Shown here one piece after another: positions 52,558-64,000 of a stretch of DNA of 64,000 nucleotides. Source of the stretch: Octopus bimaculoides (Eukaryota). Under the pieces are notes generated by a model. The model had not been told where the DNA came from. It worked only from the letters and a program-made list of their open reading frames with translations, and ran no database searches. Position 1 is the stretch's first letter. Every line of letters begins with the position of its first letter. The stretch covers positions 7,103,983 to 7,167,982 of the forward strand of contig NC_068987.1 in NCBI RefSeq assembly GCF_001194135.2. Direction: 5' to 3'. The position numbers and the translations under genes are program-made.

Positions 52558-54120
52558 GAGGTACAAAATATGCAAAATGTTTCATTACTTTTCTCCTGCA
52601 CATTTTCATCTTGCTTCTTTAATATTCTATTTCAAGTCTGCTTCATTTGCTGATAACGTTTTGTGTTGAAATCTTTTCGCAAGTCGGAGTCGCTCTTATT
52701 AATATTATGTTTCGTTTTTAATTTCCAGTTAATAGTCTTCATGTATTCATCATTTCTTTATGTTACACGCACTATCTTCTAAAACATACGTATTGAGTTG
52801 GAAGAGTCTATATGTTCATATTATATGTAATAGAAGCAAATGAATGGAAGGAGCTCACCTGATTCAGGTGGAGTAAATATATTTTGGTGAGAAAATTTTC
52901 TGTTGTATTTGGTGACATTCTTGCTTGTCTCTATAAAAGGATTTTAATCTGTGCCTACTGCTATATATCTGCTAGTATATATACTCCTATAAACAGTGTC
53001 TCAACATGTACGAGCGGAGAGAATTAAATTGCTCTGCCCTAATTTGTACAACAAAGCAACTATTATTAATGTGAGAAGCATAATAGGTTTACAACACAGC
53101 GTTAGAATAGGTGGATATGCAAGTTAATAATATGGAAGCATAGGCTTAGTATACATACATATCTATTATGTATACACTAGCATATCCGTGCCGTCAACAA
53201 TGCTGACAGGTTTATTAATGATAGAAAATGACGCATCAGTACAATGAGAAAAACCATGGATAAATGTCAACGATTTAGTAAATGTATGTTTATTATACAT
53301 GAAAACGTCTCGACTGAAAATATAGTCCACATAATTTATGTGTGTATGGATATACACAGACATAATTTATTAATATTTATAGTTCTGAAGACAAAAATAT
53401 TTAATATTTAATTTCATATATATATTTCGTATGTATATTTCGTATGCAAGATTCTTGATGTGGATACGTGTGTTGAAAGAAATACAATTAAACCTTGGGA
53501 GAGGCATTATGCCGGTAATAAACACACGCACTGGCTCAGTCCTTTATTAATTTATATAGTTTTTTGTTAAATTATTTCATTGCACTCTTGCAATCTCTTC
53601 AGTAACTTGTCTCTCCACTTCCATTTATATATATATATATANNNNNNNNNNNNNNNNNNNNNNNNNNNNNNNNNNNNNNNNNNNNNNNNNNNNNNNNNNN
53701 NNNNNNNNNNNNNNNNNNNNNNNNNNNNNNNNNNNNNNNNNNNNNNNNNNNNNNNNNNNNNNNNNNNNNNNNNNNNNNNNNNNNNNNNNNNNNNNNNNNN
53801 NNNNNNNNNNNNNNNNNNNNNNNNNNNNNNNNNNNNNNNNNNNNNNNNNNNNNNNNNNNNNNNNNNNNNNNNNNNNNNNNNNNNNNNNNNNNNNNNNNNN
53901 NCATAAAGGAATTTCATTTTAGAAAGTCATTTTGAAGATGTTTTCAAAAAACAAGAGTAAGAGAAGAAAACACATCTCGACTATGCTGCTGTTTCACTTT
54001 ATGCAGCTGAGGAGTACATTTTCATTGTATTTTCTGTAGTGTTATCACTACATGAATAAATGGAGCTTGTACGAAACGTACGTACTGCTATAACCTATTG
54101 AATTTTTGTTGCTTTTCTTC

Positions 54121-54159
<39 letters not shown>

Positions 54160-54162
<3 letters not shown>

Positions 54163-54272
54163 AACAAGTTTAGCTCGCCGGACAAATTACTCAGTGACAT
54201 TTCATCCGTCTCTACGTTCTGAGTTCGCATTCCGCCAAGGTCGACCTTTCAGGGTCGATAAAATAAGTACAA
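54160..54272 (+). mobile_element. SINE family A, internally deleted fragment
   Basis: acgttctgagttcgcattccgccaaggtcgacctttcagggtcgataaaataagtac. Confidence 0.75.
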
Positions 54273-54344
54273 GGGGAGGTCTGAGGGGGAGTGTAGATAA
54301 GGCTGCGTGGCGAAAAATTATAAATAAATTTTTAAAATACCCTG

Positions 54345-54439
54345 TAAGTACAGGAGAACACCAACAAGCGCAAAATACGTAAACACACGAGAGAAAAAGA
54401 CAGAACAAAATACCAAAACAATAACTCGCTCATCAGTTG
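54345..54439 (-). repeat. Family E-related repeat, inverted partner of 55062-55135
   Basis: A 20-bp perfect inverted match (54420-54439 vs 55062-55081) plus a second shared block taagtacagg..accaac..aaaatacgtaa. Confidence 0.75.
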
Positions 54440-54609
54440 GTGACTGTTTATTACTATTCATTTCGTGCTTTTAACGACAAGATAGGAACATTTCATAACA
54501 CAGCGGCATCCAAAAATTGAAAAATATAAAATTTGTGGAGAGTTAGGGCTTCGAACAAACAAACAACAACAGAGTGGACGTAGAGTAAACAATCAACGAG
54601 GACAAACAT

Positions 54610-54824
54610 TCTTTTCTACTCTAGGAAGAAAGCCTGAAATTTTGGGGGAGGGTTTCCAGTCGATTAGATGGACCCCAGTACGTAACTGCTACTTAATTTA
54701 TCAATCCTGAAAGGATGAAAGGCAAAGTCGACCTCGGCGGAATTTGAACTTCGAACGTAAAGACAGACTAAATACCGTTAAGCATTTCACCTGGCGTACT
54801 AACGTTTCTGCCATTCGTCGCCTT
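54610..54824 (-). mobile_element. SINE family A, full length
   Basis: ttttctactctagg...gaaaggatgaaaggcaaagtcgacctcggcggaatttgaact...ctaacgtttctgcca...cgcctt. Confidence 0.9.
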
Positions 54825-54825
54825 T

Positions 54826-55140
54826 TAACGAAGACAAACATTAAGGGGCGTTAAGCCAAGACAAATTATAATGGATAACGTCTGGAAAAATTTTGAAAGG
54901 ATATAGAATAAACAGAAGAGAAGAAAAGGATAGAAGAGACAAAAAAAGGTGTCGAGAAGTGAGAGAAGAGGGACAAAACGTCCAGCTAGTTGGACGTGGA
55001 ATCCCCGAAAAGACAGAGGCGAGAAAAATGGCCTGTAATCACGCGTGACCAATAGGCACGACAACTGATGAGCGAGTTATTTTGTCCTGTACTTGTCTTA
55101 CGTATTTTTCACTCGTTGGTAATGCCCTGTACTTAATGTG
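54826..55140 (+). mobile_element. Probable Penelope-like element 3' end (ORF tip plus UTR)
   Basis: ..MDNVWKNFERI* weakly resembles the end of PLE GIY-YIG ORFs. It is followed by a purine-rich tract and caactgatgagcgagttatt. Confidence 0.35.
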
Positions 55141-55589
55141 TATATATATACATATATACATACATACATACATACATATATATATATATATAATTATTAC
55201 AATTAAAAGGGTAAAGGTTGATCAATTTATTAATTTATTAATAAATTAACAATTAATAATTTTACGAAGCCCTTCGGTATGNNNNNNNNNNNNNNNNNNN
55301 NNNNNNNNNNNNNNNNNNNNNNNNNNNNNNNNNNNNNNNNNNNNNNNNNNNNNNNNNNNNNNNNNNNNNNNNNNNNNNNNNNNNNNNNNNNNNNNNNNNN
55401 NNNNNNNNNNNNNNNNNNNNNNNNNNNNNNNNNNNNNNNNNNNNNNNNNNNNNNNNNNNNNNNNNNNNNNNNNNNNNNNNNNNNNNNNNNNNNNNNNNNN
55501 NNNNNNNNNNNNNNNNNNNNNNNNNNNNNNNNNNNNNNNNNNNNNTATATATATATATATATATATATGAATGCGTGTGTAAATTACTG

Positions 55590-56245
55590 GCCACGCTTTC
55601 GCGCTTCACTGGCATAGCTAGCCAACAAAGGTTACCACACCTTATGTGGGTCAATTCAATGCCATAAATGCACCCACCCTTGCCCCTTGCATTTACATTA
55701 CATTCCTTTGCATATTTTTAGCAACCACATCTTGACCACAGTTATAACCTCCACCACCACATCATTTTCGTAAGATTTTATATTTTTTTTATTCATCTTT
55801 ACTTTTTTATCAACCACTCTGACCACAACTTTCCCACTTCAACAAAACGAGTCTAGCCTGCTAGCAACTCACCAACAGCACATTATCTTGGCGCGATAGC
55901 GAGATGTAAATCTTATTACTTTAGAAGCATGTTACGTCACCTAATGAGGCCTCCTGCACTGTGCGTTGCATCTGATGTTATTTCATCGTCCCACGCCTAG
56001 TAGGGAGCAGTGCAGAAGGACGCCGAAACAATTTCTGTGTTAATAAAGCTTCTAGTCACACTCCGTCTTCCATATCAGTCATTTAAATCCTAAACTTTAA
56101 GATATATCCAACGTGGATTTAGAAATTACGGACTAAATCCAGCGAAGAATGCGCAGAAACGCCGATGAAGCGTGCTAGTGTATCTGCGCTGCAGGTACAT
56201 TACTCGAAACAAGGATTCGATACTGCAATTAAAACCTCTTTTCTC
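55590..56245 (+). mobile_element. Probable Penelope-like terminal region with degenerate hammerhead-like motif (56006-56039)
   Basis: GCA GUGCAGA A GG-ACG-CC GAAAC AAUU UC UGU, followed by AATAAA. A second ccgatgaag...ctcgaaac echo lies at 56162-56209. Confidence 0.35.
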
Positions 56246-56639
56246 AACAATATATATATACATATATAATTCATAGAATTCAATTAGAGGTTATGTTGGC
56301 CTTATGAAGTGATGGTGTCATCCAAGGGAATACTGGTTCAATACCTAATATAATTTGAGGAGATTAATATCCATAAAATAATATGTTTATATATAAACAA
56401 TGGTTTATAACCATGTAGTGATGATTCTACAAACTGACACAAAATATCTAAGGGTATATTTTTTTCCCCTCTGATGAGATGACGCTCAGAAATATCACTT
56501 TAATATTCTTTTAACTTCACTGAGCTTAACTGAAACATCTGTAAGGGTTACTGATCGATATTTTGCGGATAATAAACTCTTATTAACTTTAATATGTTTA
56601 TTTGATCCTCAAGCGACAAGTGACCATTCCTAAAGCATG

Positions 56640-56960
56640 AAAACCACACGCAAGATTGCGTTTTGCTCATGTAAGCTGTGTTAAATATGACAACTAATTC
56701 GGCCGCCATTTTCGCAGCAGAAAACAAAATTTCACGGTAGCACGCAGTTCCTTCGTTTTCGCCATTGCAAAAATCGATGAATAGAGGAGAAGCACTACAA
56801 TACAAAGATGCACTACGCAGCGGTATGAACTCACTGGACGACACAGGTCGGCTGACTGATACCTGAGGTTCGTATCAAGTGGTGTCTAGCAGTGGAAGCC
56901 TGAACTACAACGGGCTTGTACCTCAGAGAACGTTTCCGGTGCTAATAAATGATTCCGACT
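56640..56960. promoter_or_regulatory. CpG-enriched promoter-like patch
   Basis: 18 CpG in 56641-56940 by manual count. YY1-like AAAATGGCGGC on the minus strand (56702-56712); two ACTACAA motifs (56794, 56904). Not similar to the repeats seen elsewhere in the window. Confidence 0.4.
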
Positions 56961-56987
56961 ATTAGATTCCGACTAACGTATTAATCG

Positions 56988-57028
<41 letters not shown>

Positions 57029-57178
57029 NNNNNNNNNNNNNNNNNNNNNNNNNNNNNNNNNNNNNNNNNNNNNNNNNNNNNNNNNNNNNNNNNNNNNNNN
57101 NNNNNNNNNNNNNNNNNNNNNNNNNNNNNNNNNNNNNNNNNNNNNNNNNNNNNNNNNNNNNNNNNNNNNNNNNNNNNN

Positions 57179-57231
<53 letters not shown>

Positions 57232-57234
57232 TAG

Positions 57235-57480
57235 TAGTTATCGCCAAGCTAACATGGCAGTCAGAGAAAAATAGGACGAATGCTGCCGTTGATTAGCTCC
57301 AAGAGGCCGTCGCCTCTAGCTAGCTATGTGACACACGAATCTGTGTCCATTATAACCTTCGAACAGGGGAGGTCAGCCGCTTTCCATTACTGGTTTGGCA
57401 TCTACAGACTAGTTTCGACGTATTGCCTCTTATCAATGTAGAGCAGCCGACCGCTGCCGTATTCTCCTTTAGAGAGACTT
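57235..57480 (-). mobile_element. Penelope-like terminal repeat fragment hosting a hammerhead ribozyme
   Basis: A GC-richer block next to a (TA)/(TG) gap, containing a complete minimal type I hammerhead. Such motifs are an established hallmark of Penelope-like element terminal repeats. Confidence 0.6.
57401..57442 (-). ncRNA. Minimal type I hammerhead ribozyme (U3-A8 core variant)
   Basis: UCUACA UUGAUAA GAGG-CAAUA-CGUC GAAA CUAG UC UGUAGA. It has a 6-bp stem I, a stem II of 3 pairs plus a G.G mismatch, a palindromic ACUAGU stem III and a GUC cleavage triplet (predicted cut between 57407 and 57406). Confidence 0.75.
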
Positions 57481-59404
57481 AGAAATATTAATATTTCTAT
57501 ATATATATATTGAAACCAATACATTAATTACTAAATATGTTAAACAATTTTGAAAACTTAAAACCCACCCAAATACAGTTTCATATCCTTGAGTATGTTA
57601 CTGTTCAAAACATATTCTTTTATAAACGAGATTGTTTAATGAATCACCTTCTGTAAATATAATGTCATATTGTTCGCGCTATTGAAATTAAAGAAAAACA
57701 TGGCAATGTTCATAATTTACTAATTATTTTTCATCTGTTTATTGTATCAATATATTTTCTTCATTTACACAGTAAACAGAAATAAAATTCATCTTTACAG
57801 TTACTTTATTTTTATATATATGTAATTCATTGGATTTCAGATGTTATCAAATAAATTTGTTGTCCTTACTTGAAATGCTAATCTAAATTCAATGTATTTT
57901 ATGCAGTTTTGTTTATAATGCCTGCTGAGTTTTAATGATACGTGGTATGAGAAAAACAAATTAACAAATGGAAACAACAATCAAAGAAATACAATAAGAT
58001 AAATTAGAATGCAAAGAAAGGAATGTAGACACGTAAGACGAAGGAAATGGAAAAATTACTGAGAAAACAAAGAAGAGAAGCTTAAGAGACAAGTTCACAG
58101 CAAGGAAGTAAATACTCACGTCAATAAAATAGGAAAAAAAGTAAGCGTTAACTATGAAGGTAAAGAATGAATAAAGAAAAGAGATGATTCGTGTACCAGA
58201 AAATAAGAAAGTTCAAATGCATTACTGAATTAATGATAGAACGAACATATAGACACATTTACATAACGAATTACGAGCATGTATGTCACGCATAATATAT
58301 TTTCCAATGCACAGCCTTGATTGTTAAGTGGTTATTTGAATATCTTGAGTGAATGCATATAAAGGCATTTGTATATATATGTATACATATATATATATAT
58401 ATATATANNNNNNNNNNNNNNNNNNNNNNNNNNNNNNNNNNNNNNNNNNNNNNNNNNNNNNNNNNNNNNNNNNNNNNNNNNNNNNNNNNNNNNNNNNNNN
58501 NNNNNNNNNNNNNNNNNNNNNNNNNNNNNNNNNNNNNNNNNNNNNNNNNNNNNNNNNNNNNNNNNNNNNNNNNNNNNNNNNNNNNNNNNNNNNNNNNNNN
58601 NNNNNNNNNNNNNNNNNNNNNNNNNNNNNNNNNNNNNNNNNNNNNNNNNNNNNNNNNNNNNNNNNNNNNNNNNNNNNNNNNNNNNNNNNNNNNNNNNNNN
58701 NNNNNNNNNNNNNNNNNNNNNNNNNNNNNNNNNNNNNNNNNNNNNNNNNNNNNNNNNNNNNNNNNNNNNNNNNNNNNNNNNNNNNNNNNNNNNNNNNNNN
58801 NNNNNNNNNNNNNNNNNNNNNNNNNNNNNNNNNNNNNNNNNNNNNNNNNNNNNNNNNNNNNNNNNNNNNNNNNNNNNNNNNNNNNNNNNNNNNNNNNNNN
58901 NNNNNNNNNNNNNNNNNNNNNNNNNNNNNNNNNNNNNNNNNNNNNNNNNNNNNNNNNNNNNNNNNNNNNNNNNNNNNNNNNNNNNNNNNNNNNNNNNNNN
59001 NNNNNNNNNNNNNNNNNNNNNNNNNNNNNNNNNNNNNNNNNNNNNNNNNNNNNNNNNNNNNNNNNNNNNNNNNNNNNNNNNNNNNNNNNNNNNNNNNNNN
59101 NNNNNNNNNNNNNNNNNNNNNNNNNNNNNNNNNNNNNNNNNNNNNNNNNNNNNNNNNNNNNNNNNNNNNNNNNNNNNNNNNNNNNNNNNNNNNNNNNNNN
59201 NNNNNNNNNNNNNNNNNNNNNNNNNNNNNNNNNNNNNNNNNNNNNNNNNNNNNNNNNNNNNNNNNNNNNNNNNNNNNNNNNNNNNNNNNNNNNNNNNNNN
59301 NNNNNNNNNNNNNNNNNNNNNNNNNNNNNNNNNNNNNNNNNNNNNNNNNNNNNNNNNNNNNNNNNNNNNNNNNNNNNNNNNNNNNNNNNNNNNNNNNNNN
59401 NNNN

Positions 59405-59447
<43 letters not shown>

Positions 59448-59487
59448 GACAAAATATGGATACATTTACATACATACATATACATAA

Positions 59488-59715
59488 GCATTCGAAACGC
59501 GGAGTAGATAAAACAGAGGACAACTGTTGAAGGGATTGTTCTTTATGTTGCCTGTCTCATCTCTCTATTTGTTTCTTTTGTTGTTCGAAAAATAGTTCGT
59601 TTTCCATGTTTTTGTTTTTTCATGTTCTCGTTTTTCATGTTGTTCACGTTTTTTTACGTCCTGTACACATATATACATGTGTATATACATATCTATTTAG
59701 GTATGTACATATATG
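59488..59715 (+). repeat. Interspersed repeat family E copy
   Basis: cattcgaaacgcggagtagataaaacagaggacaactgttgaagggattgttctttatgttgcctgtctc...gtcctgtacacatatatac. Confidence 0.8.
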
Positions 59716-60429
59716 TATGTAGGTATGTACATATAAGTATGTGTGTATGCATGTATATATATATATATTATTTATATCATTATATATATATACATATACG
59801 TATAGATAACATATATATGTATGTATGTATGTGTGTATGTGTGCGTGCAGTCGCCTTTTCCAGTCGTTATGGTATTGGGAAATGTCGAGTTCAGTTCTAT
59901 TTCCTGGTAGAGCAACGTATTATAGCCTTATGCAAGGCGCTTCATTTCACGTCCCTCCAGTTCATTCAGCTGAAAATGTGTTCAAATGGCAGCTGGGTGT
60001 TATTCCATTCATCGGTGGATGAAACATTGTATTCTTAATCGCTTAAACGTTTCGAAACCCCGGTAACCTTCATAACATGAACACGCGATGGATCTAAACT
60101 TATACGTGATGTGATTCACTTGGTACTGTATCGTTTGTAATCTTTATAATTAATCACCGGTTTCCGTAATGTTATAAGTGACCAGAATCCCAACATGGAA
60201 CAGTTTGTGATAGGGTTACTTATTTAGATTTGAGTGGAGAAGCAACACGAAAGGAATTTACAAATATGATGCTTAATGTTTATGGAATATATACAAATAA
60301 CAGTTTATTTAATTTGTTATACATTATAATTGTTTGAAGATCAGTTTTTGTAATATGAAAGTGTAAATATTTAATAGAATACCACGCAGTAAAATTATTG
60401 TTTTTCTCCCAAGATGTTCACGTTGTTGC

Positions 60430-60580
60430 TACAAGTAAAGATTTTATTGATGGGCACACAATCGATAACTCTAGAGGCAAGGTAGAGTCGATTAAAACAA
60501 TCTAGTATATTACTAATATTGATCTTAGTATCTCGGAGAGATGCCAGGAAAATCGACACCGGTGGGAATTGAACATCAGT
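60430..60580 (-). mobile_element. SINE family A, highly decayed
   Basis: ggcacacaatcg...gtagagtcgatta...aaatcgacaccggtgggaattgaac. Confidence 0.4.
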
Positions 60581-61759
60581 TATTCTATGTATTAGCATAA
60601 ATTCTGAATATAATAAGCTTAAAGGAAGTGTAGTACATTGGAAAAAAATTTACCATATTTAGTTTCTTGCGTTTGTGCTTAAAGTACAAATAGTGTGAGG
60701 ATTCCTCCTTAATCGATGATATCAGTAGCGAAATTTACTGCGTTCGATCTATTATACATGTTATTAGCAATGATTTCTTTCCTGAGCTTTACGTTCACAA
60801 TTTATTAATATTTCACAAAACTTGAAAGGTAAGCTAAAACTTTATTAACAAATTACAGCCGGTTAACTAGAAAAGACATACAGTGACATTTAATAAAGAT
60901 ACAGAAACGATTCGTACGGTAATAAAAAGATATTGAAGTCGTTACATGCTTGATTGAGTCGTTATATATCATCTAAAGATTCTCATCTAAGTAGCTTTTA
61001 ATTAAAATATTATATAATTATGGTTTTTGTACGTCATTACGGTATACTTTTAATTTTTTTTCTCTAACATTATGCTTTAAAATAACCATTAAATATATTA
61101 ACCAATATCTTCAGTAGAAATTACTTCAATTAACCTTCTATCATGTTAGCTATTCTCGTAATATTCTCATGGAACGGAATATGAATTTTCTTGTCAAGAA
61201 AAACAACATTGGTAAACCTCAATGTCGTACAGAGTGCATGTAGATGTGTATGTATTCTTCAACGTGCGTTTATAAATCTATCTCTGTATGTATTTGTTAT
61301 CTGAATTTCACTTGAGGCGATATCGAATATATATATATATAGCAACATACAATTCCAATAGTATCATTTTCGCTTTTGTTTTACGAAACCATATGAAAGT
61401 TTTCCGATGCTACAGGGAAGGAATAAACAAACAGGAAAGCAATCGTTGTGATAATGATCAATTGTGTTATGCCTCTATTTTCTGATAAATGGAAAATACT
61501 GTTCCTTATACAAGCGTTCATATAAGAAATAAACAGAATGAATAAAAAAAAGAAAAGAATAGCGAAAATTTCGAGGCAGATGTACTGCAGATTTTATATT
61601 ATCATTACTTGTTCAAACCTCACAGAGTTCGATGAAATGCTTTGTGTTATTTGTGTCGGCATTTTAGTTTGCAAGTTCAAATCAGGCAGAGGTGAAATTT
61701 GCTTTTCCTCTCTTCCCAGTCAATTACTGAGATCAATGACCTAGTGCCTAAATCAGATG

Positions 61760-63388
61760 TTATTATTATTATTACTATTCATATACACACAACAGACTAG
61801 ACTGTTGGAAAAGAAAAAAAATCCTAACATCAGGCTACAATAAATAAGCTTAGAAGCCAAGAATCCTCCTATCGGACTACTACAAGTAACCTTATATGCC
61901 AAGAACTCTTCTAGGTATCCTAGCTGTCCCTAATAACTTTATTTTCTGGAGCTGTACTAAAATGGGTTTTATGCCTATTTCCTCTGTCCATCTGTTCAAA
62001 TCTTTAGGGATAGTTCCGAATGCGTCTGTAACTACTGGGATACATTTTGCCCGCACTTGTAATTGTAAGAGTCTATATCTACTCTAGCTAACTCCACGCA
62101 GTCTTTTACTAATATTAACCCACTTCCACCTTCCTTTCTAGGTAAGTATAATCTTGCTACACCTGCCCTTGTGTGGAGTCCTCCATTCATATTGAATTCC
62201 TTCCTAGTTCACCTGTATAGCTTCGCTAATTCAATTTTTGTCTAACCTACAATAGCTACTGGGTGTCTGAGTAATGATACAGCCCAAGTATTTACAACCT
62301 ACACTAGATTCAGATCATCTAACTTTGACTTCATTATCGTCCTCCCCGTTCTTATGTACTCCTACTCAATTTTCGTTTTCATTCCCTTAGACATAACTTT
62401 CTCCTCCTTTCAATGATTTTAATGGCCAGCCATCAGACAATTGGATGCCTTCACTGTTCACTACTTGTCTCCTTCTCGTGACTAATATTGCACACTTATC
62501 TATGCCAAATTCCATATTCATATCTTTGCTAAAGAGTCTTAGATTTTGTACTAAGGAATCTATCTCTTTTTCATTCTTACTAAAAATTTCAAATCATCCA
62601 TGTAGAGCAAACGGTAAATTTATCCATTATTATTTCTGAACTGATACTCTGCTTTTCCCTTTCTTAATACTAAACTAAGGGGGATTAAGCACAAAACAAA
62701 TATTGAAGGGGATAATGAGTCCCCTTGGAAGATTCCTCTCTTGATATCAACTTTCCCTGCGACTGTATCATCTGAGTAGAGATCTGCTTTCTATTTCTTC
62801 ATGCTAAACCTCATTAATTCTCTTATGTTGTCTGATATACTGAATATGCTCAAACATTCACTCATACATGAGTGTGGGATCTTGTCATAGGCTTTCTTAT
62901 AATCCATACATGCTATTAGTGTGTTTTTCGTTCTAACTTTTATTTCATTTAGAACTGCTTTGTCTATGTGTAATGGATCATGCGTTCCTCTAGCCTTCTT
63001 GCAATAATTCTGTTGTTCCGGCAGTAACTTCTGGTCGTCAAGGTGCTCGTAGATGCTTTCTGAAAGCATTTAGGTTCACTTTCTAAAGAGCACTGTATCA
63101 CAATCCTGATTTCTTCGCTGGTCCACTTCCTCCTCTTGGCTCTATTATCAGCTGTAATAGTTGTGGTCGTTCTGAATCTTTATTGAACCATTGCCGAGCG
63201 AGGAGCCTTCCTTTAAATGTCCAGCTTCATTTTCGCTGTTACAATCTGAGTTTCTACGGAAACTCCTGTGTCTCATAAACTGTGGTAAAGTAACGTTCGT
63301 CACCAACATCATCATCACTATTATTTCACGTTCTCTGGTATTTGAGTAATCTTTTTTCCACCTTGCTGAACATTTATATGCTTACTCC

Positions 63389-63391
<3 letters not shown>
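61760..63391 (-). mobile_element. R4/Dong-clade (restriction-like-endonuclease) non-LTR retrotransposon, internally deleted
   Basis: N-terminus RRKWTSEEIRIVIQCSLESEPK (63134-63069), then the RT segments LLPEQQ..RGT.D.L.IDKAVL..DYKKAYDKIPHS, RGIFQGDSLSP, YMDD (62593-62604) and RLYLPRKEGG.GL. C-terminus IPVV..AFGTIPK..LQK..LLGTARI.RRVLGI* (stop 61892-61894), then a 3' UTR and a (TAA)n tail at 61760-61778. Confidence 0.9.
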
Positions 63392-63437
<46 letters not shown>

Positions 63438-64000
63438 AGACAGTAATTCATAGTTGCAACTTATAGCCATCGGTTAATGCATAAACTTGTTTACACATAA
63501 ATACACATATTTGCAAATGAAATACTAAAATCAACAATATATTTATACATAATTTTACCCTTAAAAAATACAGAATTTTGGAGCATAATTAGGTAGAGAA
63601 ACATTACAGCAAATGAGGGTGAAGCCTATGGAAGAGAAACTAAGAATCATTTCCTAACACACAAATGCACACAACCCGATGTTCATATATATTAACGTAC
63701 ACAGAAAGACATACACATAAACACGACTAGATGAACATTTATCGGTCTCGCTAATGTTATCAACATATTGCAGAGAATATTATTGATCATGATAATTATA
63801 ATATAACCATAGCAACAACAGCAGTGTTTTAATTCGGCTTTAATCTTATTCTAATGAGAGACATAAACGCATGTGTTGCCGCGATTTATGCCCAGGATAG
63901 ATTACACCGGCTGTTCTCAAGATATATATATATATATATATATATGTATTGTATGTAGACGCGTATGTATGCGTGTCTACGTGTATCTGTGCGTATATAC

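Noticed and set aside
56445-56500. Type III hammerhead candidate around ctgatgagatgacgctcagaaatatc
   Set aside because: There is an extra A before GAAA, stem I is out of register by 2 nt and stem II is weak; likely chance.
60040-60080. GAAACGUU hammerhead-like half on the minus strand (similar echoes at 2393, 14819, 47525)
   Set aside because: No recognisable CUGANGA at the right distance and no stem I; too short to support individually.

Overview
Eukaryotic, strongly AT-rich, microsatellite-saturated DNA with 18 N-gaps, almost all flanked by (TA)n/(CA)n/(TC)n. The repeat content looks like a coleoid cephalopod, most likely Octopus (inference from recalled repeat families, not a database hit). 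No host protein-coding gene could be identified with confidence. The window reads as intronic or intergenic sequence, and nearly all ORFs in the supplied track are gap or microsatellite artefacts. Supported content: (1) three tRNA-headed SINE families in many copies, one nested inside another and one with a target-site duplication; (2) three decayed Tc1/mariner transposases (rosa-like with a reconstructed D-46-D spacing, TRT/DD37E-like, mariner) plus a mariner-derived MITE in two copies; (3) LINE remnants (RTE 3' ends, a CR1/L2-type 3' end, and an R4/Dong-type element that keeps both ends but has two large internal deletions); (4) several Penelope-like terminal fragments carrying minimal hammerhead-ribozyme motifs. 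The best leads are a type I hammerhead at 57401-57442 (minus strand) with a compensatory U3-A8 core pair, a perfect 70-bp inverted repeat at 45043-45221, and a CpG-rich promoter-like patch at about 56640-56960. All alignments and counts were done by eye.
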